DNA of 64,000 nucleotides from the NCBI GenBank assembly GCA_021613535.1, contig CP075497.1, forward strand, positions 9,920,001 through 9,984,000. The letters are read 5' to 3'. Below the pieces are notes generated by a model. That model was not told the DNA's origin. It was given only the letters and a program-made list of their open reading frames with translations, and ran no database searches. This document shows positions 24,401 to 38,507 of the stretch, in pieces (within the stretch, counting starts at the first letter, position 1; each line of letters starts with the position of its first letter). Position numbers and translations under genes: made by a program. The stretch comes from Adineta vaga. Its lineage: Eukaryota > Animalia > Rotifera.

Positions 24401-27400
24401 TCCTTTCTCATCTGTTTGATATGATGATAGATCGAGGGAAAAGATTCGACTGGGAAATAGTTTAGGAAGAATATGAAAGGGCATTACCTATTCTACTTTT
24501 TCTTATCGTTATTATAACGACTATTGATATGTATGTTTAATACCACCAATGCACATACGTATATATATATATATATATATATATCGAAAGAAGGAAAAGT
24601 GAGATTCCATAAGTTGACTGTTGTTGATGTTTTTGTTTTTATTATTATTATCATTATTATTATTGTTGTTGTGTGCATTCCTTCTCATTTTTTTCTCTCC
24701 TGTCATTGCTTGATATTTGCCTATAGTCTTTTTTTCCATTGTATGTATTCTCATCGGTTTGTCTTCTGCTTGCAATCACTAATCCACTCTCATCTATCTT
24801 TCGACTACTGTATATGTATATGGATGTGTGCGTGTCAATAGTTCAATAATTTAGTTTCTCTGCACGACGCCAGCTGTCAACTAAACAACACATGGCTCTG
24901 ATTCTCGTGTATATGTAATGCATCATCAATCACCTTTGAATTGCTATTTCGATCGTGAAAGAAAAATATTAGTCTCAATGTAATCATTTCTTTTTCTTTT
25001 TTCTTTTTTAATATCAAATCAAAATCCTCTCGAGATCGAATGAAGTATTTTATCATTGAATGTTCTCAAAGAAAAATAGTATATTTAACTATACAATATA
25101 ATCACAATCTCGATTTTATGTGTGAACATGAGTAGAAGAGAAAGAATTAATTCACATTTGCATTTTTGACACCATCCTCGAATGCATATACACATTGGCA
25201 CTTAACAAAACGAGAGAGAGAGAGAGAGAGAAAGAATGATGAGTGGCTCTCTGTCACCGTTGTAATACTGACCGTCTATTCTTTTTGTTAGTCACAGTAC
25301 GATATAATCTGTTGTCTAGAGTTCAACAATACCTATTGAAAGAATATGGAGAGAAATCACTAGAATGTGTGAAGTATATTCAATATTCCTCTAACGGAAC
25401 ACATAGTGTGATCATATTTAATATAGTTGTAAAAAAGAAAACGAAAGAAATCTAAAAGAAAAATATTTCATATGTTAATTTTATGTTAACAACAATATAA
25501 AAAGAAAAGGAAAGATATAGAATATTTGTTTGTAAAAAGATAAATCTTTCTTTAATCCGCTTTTCATATTTTATCTTTCAATATTATTTGGATATGTAAT
25601 GAAAGACAAGAAAGTACTCAATTATCATAAGAAGCTTTGATGATAATCCAAAAAGATGTACATACAGTCTTTATTCATGATAGAAATGAGGAAGACAAAT
25701 TAAGAGTGCATGATAGCATCTCCGGAAGGAACTCAACATGAAATACACAATTCTTCTATTTCAAAACTTAATCTCTTTCTTTATTTCCTTTATTTAATAC
25801 AAAGGTAGATGTATTAATCTGATTTTCATGCACATTTTCAATTGACAGATGGAATATGTCAAACGTATCCGCTCTTCTCATTTTTTTGTCTTCTATCGTT
25901 AACTACCTCGTTTGAATGTTTGTATTCATTGTACTTTTTACGTTTGATCAATAGATAATACATTGACATGATTGTTTGTAGTTGCGGAATGATCTATCAA
26001 TCGAAACGGACAGCACGCAATAGACTCTTTTTAAATAGATCTATGAGCATATGTCGGAAAGGAAGAATATGTATCGTCCTTCTTCTACTTCTTTTGATCT
26101 TCATTTACTCAATAAAATGAATACTTCAAAGCACACACACATATATGCACACGTACATGAATTGAAATCAAAAAAGAAAGTAAGCTATTCACACACAACA
26201 TGGACGCATATGGACTGAGGAGACTATACTTGATGTGCTTGAAAATAAAAGAATGAATGCTGATTAATGATAGACTCAAGAGAATTATTAGTTTTCTTTA
26301 TGCTTGTCTTTGTCATTTGCCGTTGGAGAAATTGACAATGTTTTTATGAAATTGACCCCATGGGCAATTAACTTTTCTCTTTTTACTATTCAAAAGTTTT
26401 GATCATTTGTCAGATACTAAAAGAAAAACCTGAATGTCTGCAATTTGCTTGAAGAAAAAGGATATCTAACTCATCATGTTCATTTGTAAATAAAACCTTT
26501 TTGTCTAATGATTGTTGACATTTATGATCGTCAATCATCATCATCATTGTCATAAATTACAGCTGCATTTCTACTTGGCTTCTCTTTCTTCTTTCTATTC
26601 TTGAAGATTGATGTACAACAAACCTCGAAGACAGACCAGGTTTTTTCCTTGAAGTAATGAGTACATCAGTACTGATCAAAAGAAAGACAAGAATGTTCTT
26701 GTGAACTTATACCTTATTACTTTGCTTCATTTCTTTCAATCAAACATCTGTTCATTCAGTTGAAGTAATATTCCTAGACTGATTTCAATTAAAATACTTT
26801 CGAAGAAAAGTTAAATAAATAAAAGGACATTTTTGAATGTTATTTCATCTGTTCATATTTATTTCTGATATCTCAATATCATACTGCTGATTATCAGATC
26901 TGATATGTTGATTTATTTTCTATTTGTTTAATTAGATCGAAAGAATGTTTAGGCACAGTTCTCATTAGTATTGATTACTTTCCATATGTGACAATTAGCA
27001 AGCATTTCGACAAGATCGATATTTAACAATGATTACTTACAAAGTAATTGGCACATTTCAGTTAGAAGTTAAAGTTTTCTTTAGTCAAATACGACTTCAA
27101 ATAAGATCAAAGCAAATAATGATGTTATTCTTAAAGATTGAAATGAAAATGCACGTGTGGACAGATTTGAAATTTTGTTTTTTAAGTGTTCAATAATATC
27201 CGTCAATAGGCTTCTCTACTTATTTGTTATACATTGTTAAAATGTTCATTAAAAGAAAAACAATATATTCAATTAGTTTCTTCGAAATGACCAATTCAAT
27301 TAATGATTCATTTGCATTTTCTTTTCTAGAGATAAGTGATAAGATCATGTAAATATTGATTTCTAAATTGAGATGATTTAGCTGAAACAAGTCTACGAAT

Positions 27401-28231
27401 GTTTTTTTGTGTGTTATCTATGATTTGATATCTTATTTCAACATCTTATGTTCGCAATTAGAAGACAATTAAGAAAAGAGCTCTACAGAATGATATGTCT
27501 TGATGTTTAAATAGATTATTCAGAGAAAATAAATCGAATATTTATCATTTTAATATACATAGAAAAGAAAATCAGATGAACACAAAAAACAATATTGATG
27601 AATATATACATTAGAGATTTATATAAGTTATTTGACAACTGTTGTTATCATAACACACGGGATTACGGATAGGGTTGTCTATAAACTACACTCTATCTAT
27701 GCTCTGTGATTTGTTATTTGATATATGAGAAATTTTGGCAATTTACTATACAAGTTGTATCATTAGAAACGACTGTTGTTTATCAGTAATCGCATTGAAC
27801 AGTAATGATTAATTGTATTGATGATTTGTAAAAAAAAAAGAAGAAAATCTGCATTGTTTGAACGGAGTAATCAATGATCGATAATTGTCTACGTATAATT
27901 TCAGTAATATACGAGCAGAATATTTATAGCGTGATAGGTTGTATGTTTGAAGTTGAACTATTAGTTGATAACCTTCCAAGATGTTTTTGAACTATTAGTA
28001 CACCCGCAAGTAACAAATCGGCGAAGCAGAATAACTTTCATCTTTAAATAACACGTCTCTATTCATGTAATGAATGGATTCACTTCAAATTGCATTATTC
28101 TGCATGAACTATTTTGTTCAACAAATTATGAATGCATTATGACAAAGTTACTGTAATTAAACTAATGAAATGTATAAATAAAATATTATTTTATCATACA
28201 ATGAAGAACAATGAGTTGCTCTATTTATTTA

Positions 28232-28552
28232 CTAAGAATTTAGCAAATGAGAAAAGGAAAGATTCACAATGTAAATCTCATATTCTTCTACATTCACATT
28301 AGTTAGTAGAACTTCTCAACAATCAACATACATCAGTATTCTTCTTTAGAAATCGAAACAAATCTTTTCGATTGTATATGACATTTAGACAATGGAAGAA
28401 AAGGTGTGAAGAATCTATTTCAATCCATTCGATCATTATCCAATGTAATCGGCATTATCAGAATATGTCAGTGATGAACCTTTTGATTGACATGTACTGT
28501 TTCTGCAATTAATCTGATTGTTTGAACTTTGAAGGTGTGTTGCATAGACATG
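28232..28552. repeat. ~320 bp direct repeat, copy 1
   Basis: Near-identical to 29544-29864 (offset 1312 nt), with only a few substitutions seen. Confidence 0.92.
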
Positions 28553-29543
28553 GTAAGGGAGATGTGTTCGAGCAATTTTATTGATTGCGTATAGTTTTCC
28601 GATAGAAAATCTAGATAAATAATATTCTGTAAAAAGAATTAGATTCACAATTGATGCTGCACAGATCTGATTAACAAATGTACGAGGAAGATGCAGATAT
28701 TTTTTTGGTTTGTAATCTAATAATTTTCATTGCACGAAAGTAATCGACCAAAGAATAATTTAGAAATATCTCTCATTTTTTCCTTGTCACAACTTAATTA
28801 TTTATATAAAATAATATCACTAGAAAAGGATCTAGAGACAATCGTCATAATTTAGTATATACACAATCAAGATATCGATTAATTATAGCAAGAAAGAAAA
28901 TATTTCATATAAACAAAGAGACAGATTTGTTGTTCACATTAAATCTTTCCGAACCTATCATCAATTCTAGCTATTGTCACCCTAATGTTAATGAATGGAC
29001 TTTTGAGATGTGCTGATATCGTATTTATTATAGGAATTAGTTTGATTTTGCTAGACATTCTATATTTGATTGATAAATAATTCGATTAATTGAAAAGAAA
29101 TTGTGGAGCTTGACGAAAAAAGTACGGCTGTTTTTGTTTCATAAAGATGACAAAAATACATTCACCTTCAGTTGCCATTGAACTTTGGTTTATAAGATAT
29201 CATATCTGTTTATTCAGCTGTTTGGAGATATTATTCGTGATGTATCATCTACTGCTTTGAAAAATGATATCAATATACTAAATATTATGAATTTTCTATT
29301 GATTGATCGCATGTAGTAAAATTTTAAACTAAACTTTTCAGTCAACAGAAATTGTGTTTACGAAGATCTCAAGGATTATGTACCAGTTTAGACTGGATAT
29401 TCCACGATTTTATTTTATTATTAATTATAAATTAAATCAAATGTTTCTCTTTCTAAAAAAAAGCACAATAATTTCGTTGGTTTCTTAATCTTCTCAAAGA
29501 TGATAAATAAAATATAATTCTCATGTAAAATGAGATTCATTTC

Positions 29544-29864
29544 CTAAGAATTTAACAAATGAGAAAAGGAAAGATTCACAATGTAAATCTCATATTCTTC
29601 TACATTCACATTAGTTAGTAGAACTTCTCAACAATCAACATACATCAGTATTCTTCTTTAAAAATCGAAACAAATCTTTTCGATTGTATATGACATTTAG
29701 ACAATGGAAGAAAAGGTGTGAAGAATCTATTTCAATCCATTCGATCATTATCCAATGTAATCGGCATTATCAGAATATGTCAGTGATGAACCTTTTGATT
29801 GACATGTACTGTTTCTGCAATTAATCTGATTGTTTGAACTTTGAAGATGTGTTGCATAGACATG
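29544..29864. repeat. ~320 bp direct repeat, copy 2
   Basis: Near-identical to 28232-28552. Confidence 0.92.
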
Positions 29865-30786
29865 ATAAAAGAGATCTGTTCGAGTTATTATATTGATAGA
29901 ATAGCTTTCAAATAGAAGTTGCAAGTAGTTCGGATGATGAAAAATGTCTGTATAGTTCTTATGTAACAATAATTTTTGAGTAAAAAAGAAACTAGTTTGT
30001 GTTTATCGTTTATCTTCGTATATCTAAATCGATAAATATATTCGTTAGTGATTAAAACATTGTCACTAAATATAGGATGAATCTATAATTCAAAAGTTTC
30101 CTAGATTATTTTCTTCTAATAACTTTTTCATTCATCTAAAACGATCAAACATAGACCGGAAAGTATTTATTGAACACTCTTGAGTTTGTATTCTTTAATA
30201 GTTCACTTTCATTTGGTGCCGTTCAGAAAAGGAAGTTATGTAAGAATGAATGATGCCGATCTTCATATGTTAAAAAAACATTTCTTATTATAACATCCGT
30301 TTTAAATGCATTCATCAACGTTAAAATGTTCTTAATTACCAGTTCACATAACCACATATTATATATCACATCCTGTGTCGAAAAAGAATTCAATACAATA
30401 CTTTTTATTTTGAATACTCAAGGATTTCATATTCTATGTCTTTCTTTGTAATAAGAACGAATATGACTAAATTAATCTTTTTTACTTTCATGAGCAACAG
30501 AAGTGCTCGTTATCTTCTATTGATAATAATAATAGCATGTGATCATGTGTATGACGTCAATCGCTGAAAATATTCTTTCCTATTAGAATTCTAGTACATC
30601 TTAGTTGATGTTTTCATTCGTTGGTAACATTTTACATAAAATTGAAAAGAAAAAGAAAGAATTAATGTATATAGATATAATATATATGTCCGTTTTATAT
30701 AATATAAAGACAATAATAAACACAAAATGATGAAATATTTCAACTTGAAAAAATAAATGTTTATTAATAAAAGAAAAAGAAAACGA

Positions 30787-33700
30787 CTAGGCCATGCTCG
30801 ATATAGTTTTCCATGAATTCGTTTGTAAATTATCGGCAGGATTTGCTGTAGATACATGTTGATAATCTATCATTGATATACGATTTAAGATTTCGATTTG
30901 TTTTTCAACAATTAAGATATTTTCTTCGATATCTTTTTCGTCCATTAGTAATGCTGATTTCATTCGTATGAAATGTTCATAATCATCATATTGTTCATTG
31001 GAAAAATATTTTCGAAGAATGGCTGTTACAATACGACTACGACGATCAATGCCATCTTTTAATGATTTAGCTTCATCATGTTTTTGTTGTGCTTTATCAC
31101 GTCGATCAATTAAACTTGCCTAAGACATAAGAATCGAAATAAAATGGCAGATTTCATTCAGAATTACCTTGGTCTGTTCATTGTTTTCCGGTAGTATTAA
31201 TAAATCATTTTCAACTTTAGCTAATCGACTACTGAGCTTAAGTAAAACTGATGTTATTGTATCGATTTCATTGATATGTAATTTGAATTTTTCAATTTCA
31301 TTGGCTTCTGCATTACTTTCAATGACATTAATAAGCTAAAACGGAAGATAAGTATTAACATAGATAGTTATTGATTTCATACCTTAGCACCAAGCATTTT
31401 ATTATCTTCAATTTCTTCAATAATAACTCGTTGATTTTCTTTCAAATTTTCCAAACGTTTTTTCAAACTTATTAACAAATCTTCCTAAAAGAGAAATACC
31501 AACATGAATCATTCTCAATCATTAATTCTTCTATTTTTACCGCTTGTCGAAGAGTATCATCATCATCATTAAAAATACAACTATCATTCGATACTGTTCG
31601 ATGAATATAATCGGATGATGAATTACTTGATGTAGTTATTGAACTAGTATCACCACCTGAACTTTGTCTTGAACGTATTCTTCGTAAACGATCAGGTATT
31701 GGAAATAATGATCGACTATAGTCAGTACTGAGATGATAGTCACTGGAAATAGACAAACGTGCTAATTCATTTAATGAATGATGATGAGAGTAACGAAGAA
31801 GAAATTCTTTTAAATTCGATTGTAAATCATTTTCATCACGTGATGGAAAACGTCGAATGTTATTCGAAGTTTTATTTGGAAGTTTTTGAGCAGAACTTAT
31901 GGGTGATGCTGAGAACAGACCGGGTTTAGCAAGTGAATATGTTTTCGATGTTGTCAATGGACGTGTTGTGAGAACCGATGATTCAGTCGCAAGTGGCGGA
32001 GAACGTTGAATTGCTTTGACGATTCGAATCGGTTTTCGAATAGTTGGTGCTGGAACAAATGATGTTTGATTCAATGTAGATTCGAAATATGTTTCAGAAG
32101 CCGAAAGAACTGGAGGAGGAGGTGGTGGCGGTGGCGGTGGCGGCGGCGGTGGTGGTGGTGTTCGTGGAGGTTGTAATTGTCTGAACGATAAGTCATTCCA
32201 CGATCGTCTAAATAATCATATTTATGTATATTACTATTTCTAACATTGGATTCAATAAAATTAAAAAGAATGCACTGCTAAATGTCTGTAATATAATTAG
32301 GTTATTCTTTCGACCTATAACTGAAGAAGAGAATCAGGACAGGTGTCAGGTAGATTAATTTCATTTCTCGAGAAGTAAAAAAGTAAGATAAATATATGTG
32401 AAATATCTACTATGCTTGTTTTCTTTTTCTCTTTCCAGTTCAAAACAATGTCTATCTACTATTTTATTATCTCCAATGGTGAGTTTCTTTCCACTTTAAA
32501 ACAAATTTTTATCGTTATTTTCATATCACAGAAAACATCGTTGTATGCAATCGAACTGATTTATCATGTTATGTCATATGAATGATAAAGAGAATGAGAA
32601 TATCGATGAAATAGTTATTTGCTAGATGATATCATGTTCTATTGAGGTATGTTTGATCATTTTGAAAACTATTGCTCACATTAAGATATTAGAAATGTGA
32701 TGCGGTATAGTCAAATTAATATACTGACAGATGACAAGTGTCTAACCTGTCATTCTGTTATTCGATATTTCATGCATAAAAAGAAAGTCCACTGCTCAAA
32801 GGGATTGTACAGTGACGTGTAAAATTGAGCGGCAAGTCTTTTGATAAATAATTCAAGTTTATGAATTGCAAATTCTATTCATTGTACATCGTACAATTAT
32901 TTTCATTTATAAACATCTGATATTTTGATTCGTACTCTTTCATCGAATATTTAAACGATGTCTATGTCAAGATAAGACTAGTAAAACATCTTGAACTGTG
33001 TAATAGATGTTTGTTTTTCTATCAAGGAAATCATTTGTTTCTATATGTCGACTAATGTCTGAGCACAGTTTACCTTTTCTTTTCACCTGCCATCATTATC
33101 ATCAACGTAGTTTAATATATAGCTTTTACTATTTTGACTAATCTATTTGCAAACAATGTAAAATGTCGATCGCATAGAAGAGTCTATCCTTGTCCTTTTT
33201 CCTTTCATTGAAACGCAGAAAAAAAGAAGCAAAAAAAGCTGTCTATACCTTGTTATATTACGTTGAGGATTATTATTTAATATTGTCTGTTGTAAAAGAT
33301 TATGATTATTAGTATTATTTTGAGAATGATTGGATGGAGATAAAGTATACAATTTGGGTTTCGTTGGTAAAACATTAGTTTGAATTGATGATAAGGAAAG
33401 ATTTGATGGAGTATTGTCTGTATAGATACGATTTTCAAAAAACTCGCGTTTTGATTGAAAATCATTTTCCTGTGTTGGAACGGCCGGTGATCTGGAAATA
33501 ATATGTGGTGTTCTTGTTTGTTGACCAACTAATTTTGGCCGAAGAATATGTTCATTTGACGAAGGAATATCTTGAAAATTTAAATGTGTATTTGAACGCA
33601 TATGATATTCATTTAAGGCATCTTTTGACACGGATCGTTTGAAATTAGAAAACATATCATTAGTTCCATTCATTGATATTGAACGTGATTTTTCACGTAA

Positions 33701-36700
33701 ACGCTCAGTATAGGATGCTTGAGTGTCTTCTAAAGAAGTATCACTTGCTACAAAAAAAGAAAAGAAAGTATTAAAAAATGCCAATCGATGCAAATTTGAA
33801 AAAAAATCTTAGCCATGCTGAATTGAAAGTAGGAAGAATAGAGAATAAAAAATCGATAGTCCAATCTGACGCCTTCAGAAAAAGAAAAGCATTCTTCATG
33901 TTTTATACACATCGACATAAAAGAGGAAAAAGAAAAGAATAACGAGTCTTTCTTTTCTTTTATTATTTCTAGCAAGATAAAGAACTAAAGAAAGAAAAGA
34001 AGCGAGATAAATTTTATGTCTTTCATGATTTTTTTCAATAGATATATATATATATGTGACGAAATGAATTAGACAAGAAAATAGGGAATTATTTCGAAAA
34101 TTGAATTAAAAAGTTAAAGTATCATATAGACTAGTTTGATTTACAAACGTTATATAAACACTTCAAGAAATCAAAGAACTGACTAAAACATGAAATAAAA
34201 TGAACGATCGATGGCAATGATCACGAATATTTGAAGAGTTTTTTTTCTCTTTCTCTCAAGGATATATTCATTTCAAAAACAATTAATGTCATTGAGACAG
34301 TTGCGTGATGATAAGTAAAACGACGCCAAATAGATCAGAATGTTTTTGTGTGAATAAGAGAAAAGAAAACGGATGCAAGGTTATTAAAACATACCATTTC
34401 TTGGACAACCATTACTAAATCTGTATTCTTCATTGTACGAATTGATTTGTTCTTTTGTTGATAATATATCTGTGTGATTGACATTCATTGAATCATTGTT
34501 GTAACTTGAACTACAAATAAGAACTCATTTATATACTGTATAGATGATACATAAGGTTTCTGATCAGTTGTATAAAAAATTCAATATTTACAAAAGAAAT
34601 GAAAATGACTTTTTACCTAATAATATTATTTGGTATTGGTATTGATTCTGATTGTTTAGTCTATAGATTTTATAAAATCGAATAAATTTATAAACTTTTT
34701 CCATTTTCAATTAACTTACTTGTTCGGCAGTCTTTAATGTCATTGTTGTTAATCCGGAATGTTTATCTAATGTAGATGGTGAAGGTGGAGGAGGCCAGAA
34801 AGCTTGAACAGAATCGGATAATATAACGGGTTTTGTTTTTGTTATCGAGTCATTATTCGTTTCTGAAGATGATGATTTTAATTTCCAATCGATTAATGCA
34901 GATTGAACAACTTTCTTTTGATGTGTTTTATTGACGTTCGTATTAGTATTATTATTATTATTATTATTATTCGTAATAGAAAATGTTGAACTTGACAAAG
35001 TTTCATCTTCAGCATTGAGTGGAATTCGACTTGACTGTTGATAATCATTATCATGAAGTTGAGATTCATATGATGGATAAGATGATGATGAATTTGTACT
35101 AAGACTATTGATACTCACATTAGATATCGTTCGGTTTGCTGTTGAAATAATTTTCGGATTCTTTTTTGATGATGATGATACTGATGACGATGATGATGAA
35201 GATGATAATGTATTTGTGTTATTGATAGGAGGATAAAGATAATAATGATATTGTGGAGGTGTTGTAATAATAAGTGTTGATGTTTGCATCAGTGTCGATT
35301 CATCTCCATTAGATAATGATTTTGGTGGTGAAAGAAAGAAGGGCTCTTTTTGTACTGTTTGATGATTGTGTAAAACATAATCACATTTCGGATCGGTTAC
35401 CGGTCGAAAAAGAAGACCATTGTCTAATGAATCTCCTTCATCAGATTTAATAATTGTTGGAGAAGAATTCGTTGACATCGATATAGAATTTGTAATACCA
35501 TTACTGTTTGTACACAGTGGGATAGATGAATCTAAATAACGAACGATATTATAAAAAAAAGAAAAGAAAAGAAGAACAAAAAGAAAATGAAAGAAAGAAA
35601 ATGAAAAAACCTTCGAATACACTCTACGTACACTTTCGAACATGTCATCATCGTCAACTCTTCTATTGACCTTCTTTCATACACTTACCGATGTTAGAAG
35701 AACTAGTAGCACTGATATTCTTGTCCGTTGATGTTGAGACAAGAGACATCATTGATTGCCGTTCGCTAGTCTGATTTGTTGTGACCTTGTCAAATGTATG
35801 AATATCTTCTTTTGATATTTCACAATGATTATTATTATCGTTTGAATATACAGGAAGAATGGATTCGACATCCGTACTGAGACGTTGATTTCCGTTTGTC
35901 CCTGTTGTTAATGTCGTCTGCTGTTTAGCTTTTCGTTGAGCACGTAGTTGGGTGGACGATGTACGTCGCAATTGTTTGTTTTCTTCGGTCGATATCGATG
36001 ACTTGTTATTACTGCTATTCGAACGGCCAATAAGACTTAAAAATCCATTACTAAGTAATTTTTTTGCAGATGTTGAAGATGATGATGATGATGATGAAGA
36101 GGAAGGTGATTGTTGTGAAATTTGTGGATTGATGATTGTATTGAGTGAAGATGTTTTAACAAGTAAACTATTCAACGGCATAGATTTATCAACTGATAAT
36201 GATTGTCGTTTTATTAAATCTAAAGGAGAAAAGAAGAAAAAAAATATTCGTCATTGAATGATTGAAAAAAAAAGTGAAGGAGAGGTCATTCGTACTTGTA
36301 TTAGAATTGTTCGTATTATTCGATTCTTTTTTTTGCGAGACGTTGTTGCTGCCGTCATTGAAAGTGACTGTAGCAGTGGTAGTAGTGCAATGAAGGTGAG
36401 TAGCAGCAGTTGTTACTCGTCGACTAGTAGTGTGGTTTAGTTCGTCGACATTTTCTTTTTTCTCTTCTTCTTCTTCTTCTTCTTCTTCTTGTCGTCGGCT
36501 ATCGTTGTTACTCTCTTCTTTCGAAAGCGGTGAGGGAGAGAGAGAAAAAGAACGAAGAATTGTACGTGTGGTAGTGGTCAATGGGTTAGCAGCGATTGTC
36601 CTCCTCGTTGTTTCATTTCTCTTATTTTCTCTCAATGTCTCGGCAAGACGTTGATCATCACATAGCTTCTTTTGTTCATCATTGTCACCATCGCCATTAA

Positions 36701-38507
36701 CATTACCACCACTGGACAAAGGTGATGAAGACGCAATTGTAGCTGTTGGCCGATAATTATTACTACTGCTACTTGTTAAATTAGTACAACAGCAACGACT
36801 TTCCTTGACCGATATTGGTGATATTGAGCGAATGTTTCGAGGCAACTGACAATCAAAATGAACAGATTTTTTTATTCGATTGTTATTATTTGTATTTGTT
36901 GGTGATTTTAAACAACCATTATTAGACACACTTGTCCTATATATATATATAGACATATATATGTATGCAGATGAGAACTTAAATTGAATGAAAAAAAAAT
37001 AACAACGAACTGACAATCGCTTGTTAGATAGTTGTTGATTAGTATTTCATTCAAAAAGAGAAAGAGAGAGACAAAGAGAAAAGTAAATATAGACAGACTG
37101 ATGTGAATTTCACTTACGATTCTGTTTGATCTCGTTGCTGTTGCTGCTTTAATCCATCAGTATTGTTTGTCGTGATTGTGACGTTTGCAATAGGAGATAT
37201 TTGAGCTGTTCTGATGATAGCTTTTGCCGAACGCGTTTGATTATGATGACGATTAGGTGACATTGACATAGTCATTACACTACGTGTTGTTTTTATTGTT
37301 GGAGAACTAATGTTGTCTCCATTTGTATCAATATTCAATGTTTGTGAAGTAAATCCTGCATATTGATTCAAAGACGACCCAATGGAAGATGACAATGATG
37401 GTTCATGACCTTTAGAACAAGTGAATGGAATAGAAGTAGTGAAAAGAGAAGAAACTGGAGATGATGACGAACGAATGGTATTTGCTTGAGAGACTGGTGA
37501 TGAAAATTTGTAATCGATCTGTGGAGTATTCTCTCGTTGATATTCATTCAAAAGAGGACGAATAGATGATGAATAAATACGTTCGTAACTAGGACTTCGT
37601 CGTCGAGATGTTTGAGAAAGAATAGTTGAAGATAAAGATGTAACTGTATTTGTCGTTGTTACTGATGAAGCAGTAGACGTATCACTGATAAAATCACTAG
37701 TATCAAGTGAAGGTGATGCACGTGTTGTAATTTGCACTATTGTATCAACGGAAGATGATGAAGATGATGACGAAGGTTCACGTCGTTGAGTCGATAAACT
37801 ATTTGTACGATTCTATTCAAAGAGACGAAAAATTATATGAAGACAATAGTATTATGCAATAAAACTGATAACAAAATATGGCCTTTGAATATTGCTTAAT
37901 TGAGTAAGTATGTTATAAAGAATTAAGCTAGATTATATATTCCGGAAAGTTCAATGACAAAGAATATATATATATATATACATGAACATTGGCTTTTATT
38001 ACATACCGAAGATAAATTGGAGAGTTTTTCAGGTTGTTGATCAATATGATAACGATCATATTTTTCATTGAATGAAGCAGGTCTTCCTATTGGTCTTTGA
38101 TGTTGTTGTTGTTGTTGTTGTGTTGGTTGGTAATATCTTGCCACTTTCGGTCTCATTCGTACTCGATGAAGATTTCTATATGAAACTGGTAATTCATTAT
38201 CGAAACGTTTTCCCGAAGGTGGTAAACCATGTTCATATAGAACGGAAGGACTCCAACTTGCTCGTTTCGATGAACGTCTTTCATCAGCAAAATCATTACG
38301 TCCGATGACCTTAGATATTTCATTATATAGATAGTCAGAAGATGGTGATGGTTTTTCCATTGAGAATGGTATATGATCTTGTCTTATGGCGTGACATTGA
38401 ATTGTTGAATGGTGATCTCTATATGGTAGAGATTCTGAAGATGCTCTTACTTTTTTTTCATCAAGTAATATGGTTTTATCATCGATTTTTATTTCCGCGA
38501 ATCGCAT
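30787..38507 (-). CDS. SHROOM: Shroom-family protein (C-terminal ASD2 domain, long low-complexity N-terminus), ~12 exons; 5' end uncertain
   Basis: C-terminal exons EDLLISLKKRLENLKE...DNKCLGAK / EIEKFKLHINEIDTITSVLLKLSSRLAKVENDL / HDEAKSLKDGIDRRSRIV...QYDDYEHFIRMKSALL match ASD2. Upstream Ser/Thr-rich ORFs splice in phase via GT-AG introns; polyproline tract at ~32112-32160. Confidence 0.85.

Noticed and set aside
18232-25455. Many 60-140 aa ORFs rich in F/L/S/I/Y/K
   Set aside because: Apart from DDIT4-B, they are translations of poly-T, poly-A and CT/AT microsatellite non-coding DNA.
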